Assembly (NCBI GenBank): GCA_016928395.1
Contig: JAFGKV010000147.1
Span: forward strand, 82,977 to 146,976
Length of the DNA stretch: 64,000 nucleotides
From: Candidatus Fermentibacterota bacterium
Lineage (GTDB): Bacteria > JAFGKV01
Reading direction: 5' to 3'
The position numbers and the translations under genes are program-made. Below the pieces are notes generated by a model, which saw only the letters and a program-made list of their open reading frames with translations, searched no databases and was not told the DNA's origin. Shown one piece after another: positions 36,216 to 45,407 of this stretch; position 1 is the stretch's first letter, and each line of letters opens with the position of its first letter.

Positions 36216-37307
36216 GTGAGACACCCTGCCAAACCGCTACAGGTAGTGTGCCAACGCGTTCGCGACGCACCGCGCTGGCTCCTGAATCGGCAGCAGACCG
36301 GCCTCGTTCTGGTAATACTCGCACTCGCCGTGGTGCTCACCGCTTTCTCCGGCACTCATGTCGACCGTCGCTCAGGCGCGGCGGTGAACAACTTCCTCAA
36401 TTCAGGCACTCTCATGCAGGTCGCCACCGACGCGAGTTTCTTCGCCGTCATGGCGATAGGGGCGACCATCGTCATCATCTCCGGCGGTATCGACCTTTCG
36501 GTGGGATCGGTGTACGCGGTGGCAGGAGTAACCATGGCCCTCGTCTTGCGCTCCCCTCCGCAGGGGCCCTTGCAGACCGTGGGTGTGGGAATCCTTGTCT
36601 CTCTGGGCATCGGCCTTATCTGCGGAGTGATCAACGGGCTCATGATCGTTGGGCTTCGCGTGCACTCCTTCGTTATCACTCTGGGCACCATGTGGATCTT
36701 CCGAGGAATCGCCTTCGTGACCTCTCGAGCCACCAGCGTGCTGGTCCCTGATGCACTCACGGGGGTGGCCAAAGCGAACTTCGGGCTCGGCCCGGGCCTG
36801 TACCCCATGCCCATGGCGGTGATGATCGTCGTCACCTTGTGCGGGGCCATCTACCTTTCCCACACGGTGATGGGGCGGCATGTATTTGCTGTGGGAGGCA
36901 ACGTTGAGGCCAGCAGGTATGCCGGCCTTAGGATTGAGCGGATTCAGCTCGGCGTGTTTGCGCTTTCCGGGCTCGCCGCGGGGATCGCGGCATTCATGGG
37001 TACGAGCTACTATGGATCGGCATCCTGTGCGGATGCATCGGGCTATGAGCTCTACGTCATCGCCTCGGCGGTGGTGGGCGGCGCCAGCCTCAAGGGAGGC
37101 AGAGGCAGCGCGGTCAGCGCCACCTTGGGCGCCCTGCTCATCGTGCTCATCCGCCAGTCAATTCGCTCTCTGCGGCTTGACCAGAACTACGAATGGATCA
37201 TTATCGGTTGCGCCATCATCGTTGCGGTGGTGCTGGATCGTGTCAGCACGGCACTCACATCCCGAAGACTCACCGCCGTGGGCGATACCCACCACAGAGG
37301 AGGTTGA
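36216..37307 (+). CDS. Sugar ABC transporter permease (RbsC/AraH-like)
   Basis: Polytopic membrane protein with the conserved ribose/xylose-permease region GAIYLSHTVMGRHVFAVGGNVEASRYAGLRIERIQL. Proposed GTG start with RBS AAGGAGG (the track extends to a TTG at 36135). Confidence 0.75.
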   Translation: MRHPAKPLQVVCQRVRDAPRWLLNRQQTGLVLVILALAVVLTAFSGTHVDRRSGAAVNNFLNSGTLMQVATDASFFAVMAIGATIVIISGGIDLSVGSVYAVAGVTMALVLRSPPQGPLQTVGVGILVSLGIGLICGVINGLMIVGLRVHSFVITLGTMWIFRGIAFVTSRATSVLVPDALTGVAKANFGLGPGLYPMPMAVMIVVTLCGAIYLSHTVMGRHVFAVGGNVEASRYAGLRIERIQLGVFALSGLAAGIAAFMGTSYYGSASCADASGYELYVIASAVVGGASLKGGRGSAVSATLGALLIVLIRQSIRSLRLDQNYEWIIIGCAIIVAVVLDRVSTALTSRRLTAVGDTHHRGG

Positions 37308-37308
37308 T

Positions 37309-38304
37309 ATGCGCATTGCGACCATCACCGCGATCTACACCGTCCTGGTTTGGGCACCTGCGCCCTGCGCCGCGGGATCCGAGCACACCACCCTGCGGAT
37401 CGCCATGATCGCCAAGAGCTCGACCAATCCGGTGTTTCTCTCCGCACGAACCGGCGCTCTGGCTGCCGCGCGGGATCTCTCAGCGCTCCACGGCATCTCC
37501 ATCACCATCGACTGGTTGACTCCTCCCACGGAGGACGGCCAGGTCCAAGCGCAACGGATCGCCCAGGCGGTGAACGAAGGCTCGGATGTGGTCTTAATCT
37601 CCTGTTCCGATGCCGCCAAGGTCACTGGGGCGATCAATGATGCCGTGGCCCGGGGCGTGCCGGTCATGACCTTTGACAGCGATGCACCGCAGTCCAGGCG
37701 GTTCGCGTATTATGGGGTGGACGATGTGCAGACCGGCGAGAGGGTCATGGCTGAGCTGGCATCCCAACTCGGTGACAGCGGCAATGTCGCCATCCTGGCC
37801 GGCAATCAGAACGCCCCTAACCTACAGAAACGGGTGCAAGGCGTGAAGCAAGAGGCTCAACGACACCCGGGTATCAGAATTACCGGAACATTCTACCACC
37901 CCGAGACTCCCCAGGATGCGGCGGCGGAGGTCGTACGAGTCGGCAGGGCATATCCAGAGATCGAAGGCTGGGCCATGGTGGGAGGCTGGCCGCTGTTCAC
38001 TAAGTCTCTGCTCACCGATCTGGATCCGGCTAGGACCAAAGTCGTCGCGGTGGATGCCCTGCCTGCCCAGCTTCCCTATGTGGAGATGGGCATCGCACCT
38101 GCACTCCTGGCTCAGCCGACCTACCGCTGGGGTTACGTATCCGTGGAGACAATCGTCGACAAGGTTGTTCTGGGAGTGGATGTGCCTATGGTCAACCCCA
38201 TGGAACTCGTCAGGGTAACGAAGGAGAACCTCGGACAGTGGGCCCGCCAGTTGCAGGAATGGGGATTCACCGATGTGCCGGCCGAGTATCTCCAGATGGA
38301 GTAA
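37309..38304 (+). CDS. Periplasmic sugar-binding protein (type I PBP, RbsB-like)
   Basis: RBS AGAGGAGG and signal peptide MRIATITAIYTVLVWAPAPCAAG, then a Peripla_BP_4-like fold (LRIAMIAKSSTNPVFL..., GYVSVETIVDKVV). The track fuses it to an upstream reading frame. Confidence 0.8.
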   Translation: MRIATITAIYTVLVWAPAPCAAGSEHTTLRIAMIAKSSTNPVFLSARTGALAAARDLSALHGISITIDWLTPPTEDGQVQAQRIAQAVNEGSDVVLISCSDAAKVTGAINDAVARGVPVMTFDSDAPQSRRFAYYGVDDVQTGERVMAELASQLGDSGNVAILAGNQNAPNLQKRVQGVKQEAQRHPGIRITGTFYHPETPQDAAAEVVRVGRAYPEIEGWAMVGGWPLFTKSLLTDLDPARTKVVAVDALPAQLPYVEMGIAPALLAQPTYRWGYVSVETIVDKVVLGVDVPMVNPMELVRVTKENLGQWARQLQEWGFTDVPAEYLQME

Positions 38305-38642
38305 ATCAGCGCACGGAGTTCACGAGTCACTGTTGACCATTCTGCGTGCTCCGATGCTTCGCGCGGGAAGGGCGTGCGGGACAATCACCGTGGAGTGCGT
38401 TGGCATCCCAGCGGTTGTCCCCGCGCCGGATGCCGGGCCTTCTGGAGCGGGAGTTGGGCTCCCCCAGTCCATTGGGCGGGTACGCCGGCGTACTCCAAGA
38501 ACTCCACGGCCGGGCTCTTCAGTCGCGCCGCGGCTAGTTCACAGGGTTCGGGGTTGAGGCTGGACTGGATACGGTGAGGGCCACGGCATCATCTTGCCCC
38601 CCCTCCAGGCCCATCCAGTGCCGCCCCATTCTCTACCAGGAT

Positions 38643-40139
38643 ATGCCTGAACCGCTGATTTGCTTTGTCGGGATTACCAAACGTTTCCCCGGCGTTGTGG
38701 CCCTGCGCGATGTGCATCTGGACATCGCGCAGGGCTCCTGCCATGGGCTCGTCGGAGAGAACGGAGCGGGCAAGAGCACGCTGGGGAAGATTCTGGCGGG
38801 CATTCACCGCCCGGATGGCGGTCAGATCAGGTTGTCAGGGAGTGAGGTTTGCTTCGGTGGTCCCCACGAGGCACTGGGCGCGGGTGTCGGCATCGTACAC
38901 CAGGAATTGTCGTTCTGCGAGAACCTGACGGTGGCGGAGAACCTGAGCTTGGGGTCTCTCCCGACCTGCGGGCCTTTCTGGTCGCGAGACGCCACCGAAC
39001 GGCTGGCGAGGGAATGCCTGGATTCGTTGCGGGTTGAGCTGGATCCACAGCGACGCCTAGGTGACTTGCCGGTGAGTCAACAGCAACTCGTCCAGATCGC
39101 GTCAGTGGTTTCCCGGGGCGCTCGGGTGATCGTCATGGACGAGCCGACTTCCTCTCTCTCCCAGGCCGAAGCATGCCGTCTCTTTGCCCTCATTGAACGA
39201 CTCCGCGATGCAGGCACCACGCTGATCTATGTCTCGCACCGGCTGGAAGAGGTATTCATGCTGTGCGACACAATCACGGTGCTGCGGGATGGGGCGATCG
39301 TGGCGACCAAAGCCGCAACCGAGTGGTCGAGGGATGGGCTGGTGCAGGCGATGATCGGGCGTCCGTTGGATGACTACTTCCCCCGCCACATGGAGCAGCC
39401 CCTGGGTGAGGAACTCCTGCGCGTTGAGGACCTGCGCAGCCCGGGTCGCCTGGAGGGGATCTCGTTCTCGCTCCGTGCGGGAGAAGTGCTTGGGCTGGCA
39501 GGCCTGGTTGGCTCGGGACGTACCGAGATTGCCGAGGCCATCTGTGGCCTTGACCGCCGCGCCACGGGCAGGATACTCGTTCGAGGGCGCCCGATGCGAA
39601 TCCGCCACCCGCGGCAGGCCTTGTCTTTGGGCATCGGCCTGGTTCCGGAGGACCGGAAACGGCACGGGCTGGTCTTGTCCATGCGGGCCAGTGAGAACCT
39701 GACCTTGCCGACTCTAAAGCGCCATGCGCGCATGGGGTGGGTGAAGAGACGCAGTGAGAGTGCGGTCGTCCGGGAGTTCTTCGCCGCGCTTGACATTCGG
39801 GCAGCCACTCCGGGTGTCGTCACGGAGAGCCTGTCGGGCGGTAACCAACAGAAGATCGTCCTCGCCAAGTGGGTAGCTGCCCGCTGCCCCATCCTTATCG
39901 TTGATGAGCCGACCAGAGGGATCGACGTGGGGGCGAAAGCCGAGATTCATGCACTCATCGATGGATTGGCGCGACAGGGAGTCGGCGTACTTCTGATTTC
40001 CAGCGAACTACCGGAGCTGATCAACCTCGCGACGAGGATCCTCGTGCTCCGAGGAGGCGAAATCGTCGGAGAACTTTCCAGAGGTGATGCCGACCAGGAT
40101 GCCTTGCTCCGGCTAATGGCCGGCATCGAGGCGACCTAG
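38643..40139 (+). CDS. Sugar ABC transporter ATP-binding protein (two fused ABC domains, RbsA/MglA-like)
   Basis: Two Walker A motifs (GENGAGKSTL, GLVGSGRTEIA), two signature/Walker B sets (LSGGNQQKIVLAKW, LIVDEPTRGIDVGAK). Confidence 0.85.
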   Translation: MPEPLICFVGITKRFPGVVALRDVHLDIAQGSCHGLVGENGAGKSTLGKILAGIHRPDGGQIRLSGSEVCFGGPHEALGAGVGIVHQELSFCENLTVAENLSLGSLPTCGPFWSRDATERLARECLDSLRVELDPQRRLGDLPVSQQQLVQIASVVSRGARVIVMDEPTSSLSQAEACRLFALIERLRDAGTTLIYVSHRLEEVFMLCDTITVLRDGAIVATKAATEWSRDGLVQAMIGRPLDDYFPRHMEQPLGEELLRVEDLRSPGRLEGISFSLRAGEVLGLAGLVGSGRTEIAEAICGLDRRATGRILVRGRPMRIRHPRQALSLGIGLVPEDRKRHGLVLSMRASENLTLPTLKRHARMGWVKRRSESAVVREFFAALDIRAATPGVVTESLSGGNQQKIVLAKWVAARCPILIVDEPTRGIDVGAKAEIHALIDGLARQGVGVLLISSELPELINLATRILVLRGGEIVGELSRGDADQDALLRLMAGIEAT

Positions 40140-40420
40140 CGCCTCATCCTGGAGCACGGCTCCCGGGGCGAGGGGGACAAGACGCTCGAAGTCCACGGCG
40201 CGAGCAAAGAAGACATCCGCGCGCCGTCTCACCGACGAGCAGCACAGGAGTCCGCGACGTATCGTTCGCAGATCTCCTTACGTGCAGGCGGTCCCACGCT
40301 CTGGAGGAGGGTCGATCTCCGCCACTCTCGCCTCATGCGACGGCCTCTCAGAACAGACTCACCTGCGTACAGGACGCCCCATGAACCGCGTGTTCGCCTG
40401 GCCGCTCAACTAGGACGCGT

Positions 40421-40434
40421 CATATATATGACAT
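40421..40434. repeat. AT-rich perfect 14-bp palindrome GTCATATATATGAC in a convergent intergenic region
   Basis: Very unusual composition for this ~65% GC sequence. Followed ~95 nt later by a strong hairpin. Confidence 0.5.
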
Positions 40435-40527
40435 GTCCCATATGCCTCGCTCGGGGTCCACACCGTGACAGAATGAGCTTACCGAAGCCGTAATGCTCCG
40501 TGGATGTTTGTGTCGGCCGTTCTGTAC

Positions 40528-40553
40528 GCGGGAGGGGTCGCCATCCCTCCCGC
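40528..40553. terminator. Strong GC hairpin gcgggaggg-gtcgccat-ccctcccgc (9-bp stem); candidate terminator or sRNA 3' end
   Basis: Lies ~75 nt beyond the pmbA stop on the minus strand and ~390 nt beyond the ABC ATPase stop on the plus strand. No T-tract. Confidence 0.3.
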
Positions 40554-40627
40554 GTCAGATCGTTCCTTGGGTCAGCAGAGAAGAAACCTTCACGCCCCAA
40601 GGCTCGGTCTTCTCGAGAATCGGCCTT

Positions 40628-41935
40628 TCAGGCGCCCACCACGCTGATGTCGTTCAGGAGTATCGAAGGGTCTTGGAACACGCTTCCGGTGTAGTGGAGG
40701 CCGCTCTCGACCGCGACAGCCTTTGAGAGCATGTCGTAGACATTGCCCGCCATCATGCCGTCCTTTACCCGGCCCACGATTTCGCCGTTCTCTACATACA
40801 GCCCCGGATTCAAGCCCACCGAGAGATCGCCATTGAGTATGTTGCCGGAATGGGCTCCCAGAAGACCGTGCACAATCACGCCCCGGTCGATCATGGAGAG
40901 CATCTCCTCAAAGGATTTCGCTCCCGGCTGGAAGTTGGCATAGGAGAGGCTGGGGGAGGGGCTCAGAGAGATCTTGTCTCCGCCCCACATGCCTCCTCGA
41001 AATCCCGTTCCCAGAGGTTTCTCACTCAGTTTCGCAGCGTAATCCAGGTTGTTGTAGGCGCTGGTGAACACACCGTTCTCGAAGATAGGCACCCGTCGGG
41101 TCTGCACGCCCTCGTCGTCAAAGAGCCTTCTGTCGGCGTGTGCCGTCGTGGGATCACTGATGAGAGACAGGAGAGAAGAAATGACCTGCTGCCCCTTCTT
41201 GTTCATTAGCGGCGAGATCTTCTCGTGAAAGGCCTTGGCAGAGGCAGCGGAACCCAACCTCCAGGTGAAGGCGTACAGCACATCGGGGAGCACGAGGACC
41301 TTCATTCTTCCCTCGCCTATCTTTATCTCGGGAAGAGAGTCCCTGAAGAAGCCCAACGTTCTTTTCACATCAGGTTCGTGGATAACGGCCTTTGACCTCC
41401 CACGGAAGACGTTGCCGATATCTGTGCTGGAACCGGGATACATCACCAGGCCCATTCGGTACACCTCGGAATCCTTCTGCATCAGATTCGCGCCGGAGGT
41501 ATTCCTGATGGTTATCTCGGTTGTTCCACACCCGGCTCTAAGGCTGACGATCCCCCGGGTTACTCCGCCGTAGAGGGCCTCAAGCTCCTCGATCTGCTCT
41601 CGCAGCTCGGGAAACCCCATTCCTTCGATCGTGTCATCGTATTCCTCCGTGAATTCAAGAGCGCCAGACTCAGGGAAATCGAAACCGGCTTCTACGCCGG
41701 CTTCCAGGGAAGCCAGAGCATTGTCCACAAGCTCTTCACGGTTGATCAGGTTCTTCGTGTAGGCCATTCCCGTCTTGCCGTTTTTGATCACCCTGAGCGA
41801 TACGCCGGACTGGATCGAGGCCGACACAGCATTCACCGAGCCATTGGTCTTCTCCATCTCCGTTGACTTGGTTCGAATGCCAAACACCTCAGCTCTGCAG
41901 CCGCGGCTTTCTGAGATCTCCAAAAGCTTGTCCAT
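40628..41935 (-). CDS. pmbA: Metalloprotease PmbA (TldE)
   Basis: TldD/PmbA-family C-terminal region. Its start overlaps the tldD stop by 1 nt (TAATG). Confidence 0.85.
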   Translation of the reverse strand: MDKLLEISESRGCRAEVFGIRTKSTEMEKTNGSVNAVSASIQSGVSLRVIKNGKTGMAYTKNLINREELVDNALASLEAGVEAGFDFPESGALEFTEEYDDTIEGMGFPELREQIEELEALYGGVTRGIVSLRAGCGTTEITIRNTSGANLMQKDSEVYRMGLVMYPGSSTDIGNVFRGRSKAVIHEPDVKRTLGFFRDSLPEIKIGEGRMKVLVLPDVLYAFTWRLGSAASAKAFHEKISPLMNKKGQQVISSLLSLISDPTTAHADRRLFDDEGVQTRRVPIFENGVFTSAYNNLDYAAKLSEKPLGTGFRGGMWGGDKISLSPSPSLSYANFQPGAKSFEEMLSMIDRGVIVHGLLGAHSGNILNGDLSVGLNPGLYVENGEIVGRVKDGMMAGNVYDMLSKAVAVESGLHYTGSVFQDPSILLNDISVVGA

Positions 41936-43296
41936 TACGCGCCTCCGATCACCATGGAGCGGATAAGAACGCTGGGTCCTCCGGAACCGCTCTTTATGTT
42001 CAGTTGACCCTTGCCGCATCCCCCCCGTTCGCCGAGCTGCATGGTGTTGTCCGTCGCCTCCATGTTTTTCAGGGTCTTGAACAGGTTTCCCATGATGTTG
42101 ATGTCGCGGATCATCTCCCGGATCTGGCCGTTCTTCACGATGTACCCGTACTGGGCGCCGAATGTGAAGTTCTCGCCTGAAGTCTGGCCCCCCTTGGCAT
42201 CACAGAGATAGAGCCCGTCGCCAAGCCTGCTTAACAGCTCTTCAAAGCTCATCTCGCCTTTCTCGAGGTAGATGGTCCCCATGCGGACAATCGGTTCGAA
42301 CCGGTGATCCTCGGCAACGGCGTGCCCTGACACAGGTTCACCGAATTCGGCTGCGGTCCTGCGGGAATGAAGCCTGCCCCTGAGTACGCCGCGTACCATC
42401 AGGGGAGTTCTTCTGACGGGAGTTCCCTCGTCATCATACTTGTAGAAACCAACCTGATTCGGGATGGTCGAGTCGGCGATGATTGTGACCTGTTCGCTGC
42501 CGATCGTGGCGCCCAGCGACATCTTCTCGCGAAGGGGAGGATTGTCCTCGATGATGTCAGCTTCGCTGAAGTGGCCGAAGGCTTCGTGGACGAACACTCC
42601 GGCAAGGTCGGGGTTTATTACCACATCGTATGTGCCGCCCCTCACGGGTGATGCGTCAAGAAGCTCCTTGGCCAGTTCTGCCCGTCGCAGGAATACATCG
42701 TCCCTGTCCCTGAGGGACGCCATTCCGTTGGCTCCGCCCACTGAAGCGCGGATGTTCTGGATGAGCTCGCCGCGCCGGGCAACGACCTCTCCACCGATAC
42801 TCACGGTACAGACGCGCTCTCTGATCGAGGCTCCCTCGGACGAGACAAAGAACTTCTCCCTGTCAACCTCGCTGTAGGTCATGGTGGTACTGGCTATCTC
42901 GGGTTGGGAGAGCATAATGCCGTTGTACATCTTCAACAGAGCTATCTTCTCCCCCAGGGGAGACTTCGCAGGGTCTCCGCGAAGGTCTGGCTCTACGCAA
43001 TCCTGCGCCGGCTCCACCGGTGCCAGGGACACGGTCTTCCCGCCGCCGGCCATGGCCTCAGCCCCCTGGACGGCGAGTCTGACCGCCTCCGGCACATCCG
43101 ATTCCTTGGTAACCGTGACCGAGGAGAATCCACTGTCTTTGAGGGCTCTCACCACGAAGCCATCGGTGCTGTTCGAGCCGGCGTTCTTCAGTTCAGGACC
43201 GGACATACCTACTGAGGTCTCCTTCTTCACCTCATACCGTATGTCGACGTAGTCGGCTCCTGAACCAGAGATCATGGTCTTGAGTTTCTTGAGCAT
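41935..43296 (-). CDS. tldD: Metalloprotease TldD
   Basis: SGADYVDIRYEVKKETSV N-terminal motif; HExxxH-like region FGHFSE; 453 aa. Confidence 0.88.
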   Translation of the reverse strand: MLKKLKTMISGSGADYVDIRYEVKKETSVGMSGPELKNAGSNSTDGFVVRALKDSGFSSVTVTKESDVPEAVRLAVQGAEAMAGGGKTVSLAPVEPAQDCVEPDLRGDPAKSPLGEKIALLKMYNGIMLSQPEIASTTMTYSEVDREKFFVSSEGASIRERVCTVSIGGEVVARRGELIQNIRASVGGANGMASLRDRDDVFLRRAELAKELLDASPVRGGTYDVVINPDLAGVFVHEAFGHFSEADIIEDNPPLREKMSLGATIGSEQVTIIADSTIPNQVGFYKYDDEGTPVRRTPLMVRGVLRGRLHSRRTAAEFGEPVSGHAVAEDHRFEPIVRMGTIYLEKGEMSFEELLSRLGDGLYLCDAKGGQTSGENFTFGAQYGYIVKNGQIREMIRDINIMGNLFKTLKNMEATDNTMQLGERGGCGKGQLNIKSGSGGPSVLIRSMVIGGA

Positions 43297-43605
43297 GGCT
43301 CTCCTATCCCTTTGTCTGAGCCTGAGCCGAGGGTGTCCTCCCTGTGGAGCACACAGCGTGTTCCGGCACGATCAGCCCCGACTGCGGGACAGGCGGGCCG
43401 CCGATGGAGGCCTCGCGATGCCGGTTGCTCCTCAACTAGCCATGTGGCCGAGCGGGGTCAAGGCTCGGGCATGCCTCTGACGGCAACCGAAGATCCGATG
43501 CCGATCGGCGGCGACGCATTCGAGGAACCGCCGGCGGTTAGGCCACACACGTGACAGACCGGGGAATGGAGCCGAATTGAGCCGCCACGCCTTCACCCCG
43601 CCGTC

Positions 43606-45255
43606 TTGACCGGGCTGAAGGTTCCCCGTTTCTTACGTCTGCCGTCCACTCCAGGAATCACCCTCGCCGTGGGGCATATGTTGCGCTCGACCGCCGAACT
43701 CCTCTGCGGGTCCGCCATGATTGTGCATGCCAGGCCGCCTCTTTCCCGCGCGGTGTGGGTCGTGGGCGCCGGCATCGCACTTCTGCTGCTCTCCACTGCT
43801 GGCCGCTATGGCATTTTCCGCGATGAGTACTACTACCTCATGTGCGCAGACCACCCGGCCTGGGGATACGTGGACCACCCGCCCCTGGCGATGTTTCTCC
43901 TTGCCCTGTGGAAGGCGGTATTCGGATCATCAGTGACTGCATTGCGCATTCCCCCTTCATTGCTGGGTGGCATGGTTGCTGTGGGTGCGGCCTTGGTGGC
44001 TCGAGAGATGCGGGGTGGCGCCGTTGCGCAGTCAATGGCCGCCCTCACTGCGGGGTTGATGCCCGGCACACTGGCCCTGGGTAGTTTCTACAGCATGAAT
44101 TCCTTTGATGTGGTGCTGTGGGTGCTGGTCGTGTGGATCGCCTGCCGGCTCTTGGATCCTGCCGGAGACCGCCGTTGGTGGTGGGGCCTGGGAGGTGCGG
44201 TGGGCCTCGGGCTCCTCAACAAGTACTCGATGGGCTTTCTGTGTGTCGGGCTGGGTCTGGGAATTCTGATGTCTCCTCTTCGCCGTGAGCTGTTCACACG
44301 GCAACGGCTGGCGGGCACCCTCGTCGTCCTGCTGATCGTGTCACCTCATGTTCTCTGGCAGATACGACAAGGCTGGCCGACTCCGGAGTTCATCCACAAC
44401 GCCCAGGGGGTGAAGAATGTGGCCCTCGATCCTGCTGAATTCTGGGGTGAGCAGCTCCTTCTGGCTCATCCGGGATTCTTGCCTGTCTGGGTCATCGGCC
44501 TTTCCTGCCTGCTGTTCATGCCGAGACTTCGCCCCTGGCGGCCACTGGGGATGGCTTTTGTGGTGATCGGCCTGTGGCATACGGTATCCCGGGCCAAGCC
44601 CTACTATCTGGTCCCCGCGTATCCTATGCTCATGGCGGCCGGCTCGGCGGTCATCACCGGATGGCTGAGCCTTCGGGGCCGCGCGCTCCGCGTAATCATG
44701 GTGTCGCTTCCTGTCCTCCTGGCGGTGCAAGGCATCCTCATTGCTCCCATGGCGATCCCGGTTCTCCGCCCGGATGCGTACGTCGCATACGAACAGGCTT
44801 TGGGTCTGCGACCCAAGAACATGGAGCAGAATGCGGTTGGTGTGTTACCTCAGCACTTCGCCGATCGATTCGGCTGGGAGGAGTTGGCGGTTACGGTCCG
44901 GAAAGTAGTCTCCGCGTTGCCTGAGGCGACCCGTTCTCAAACGTTGGTGGTTGCGGGCAACTACGGGGAGTGCGGTGCCATCAACTACTGGGGCTTGCCC
45001 CCGGGTGTTCCGCCCTCCGTGTCCGGCCACAACTCCTGCTTTTCCTGGTGGCCGGCAGACTTCCGGCCTGAGATCGTGGTTGTGATCGGCATCCCTCGGG
45101 AGAAAGTGGGGGAGGTATTCGAGATTGTCCAACTGGGCGCGGTACACGACAGTCAGTGGGCCATGCCGTACGAGCAGGAGGTGCCGATCTGGGTCTGCAG
45201 GGGCTGGAAGGTCGAGCCCGCTGTGGTACGGAAGAGTCTGCGCTTCGCGATCTAG
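43606..45255 (+). CDS. Membrane glycosyltransferase family 39/83 (ArnT / PMT_2-like, undecaprenyl- or dolichyl-phosphate-sugar dependent)
   Basis: Polytopic. FRDEYYYLMCADHPAWGYVDHPPLAMFLLALW contains the conserved DE/loop-1 motif of the GT-C ArnT/PMT family. Start uncertain (TTG 43606, ATG 43678 or 43717). Confidence 0.75.
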   Translation: MTGLKVPRFLRLPSTPGITLAVGHMLRSTAELLCGSAMIVHARPPLSRAVWVVGAGIALLLLSTAGRYGIFRDEYYYLMCADHPAWGYVDHPPLAMFLLALWKAVFGSSVTALRIPPSLLGGMVAVGAALVAREMRGGAVAQSMAALTAGLMPGTLALGSFYSMNSFDVVLWVLVVWIACRLLDPAGDRRWWWGLGGAVGLGLLNKYSMGFLCVGLGLGILMSPLRRELFTRQRLAGTLVVLLIVSPHVLWQIRQGWPTPEFIHNAQGVKNVALDPAEFWGEQLLLAHPGFLPVWVIGLSCLLFMPRLRPWRPLGMAFVVIGLWHTVSRAKPYYLVPAYPMLMAAGSAVITGWLSLRGRALRVIMVSLPVLLAVQGILIAPMAIPVLRPDAYVAYEQALGLRPKNMEQNAVGVLPQHFADRFGWEELAVTVRKVVSALPEATRSQTLVVAGNYGECGAINYWGLPPGVPPSVSGHNSCFSWWPADFRPEIVVVIGIPREKVGEVFEIVQLGAVHDSQWAMPYEQEVPIWVCRGWKVEPAVVRKSLRFAI

Positions 45256-45407
45256 TACTCGGGCTCATGGGTACGGTGGTGCCGGCTCCTTTTGTGAGGC
45301 GGAAGGCGGGATTGTGTGATTGGAATCGCTTCCGGGCTGAATGGATCGGGCATCTCCCGTGGCCCTTGTCTTCTCGTGGTGATTCTGAAAGAAGGGAGAT
45401 GACACGC

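Noticed and set aside
36880-38304. 474-aa ORF fusing an upstream frame to the sugar-binding protein
   Set aside because: The first ~140 aa are an out-of-context reading through the permease 3' end. The real gene starts at ATG 37309, with RBS and signal peptide.
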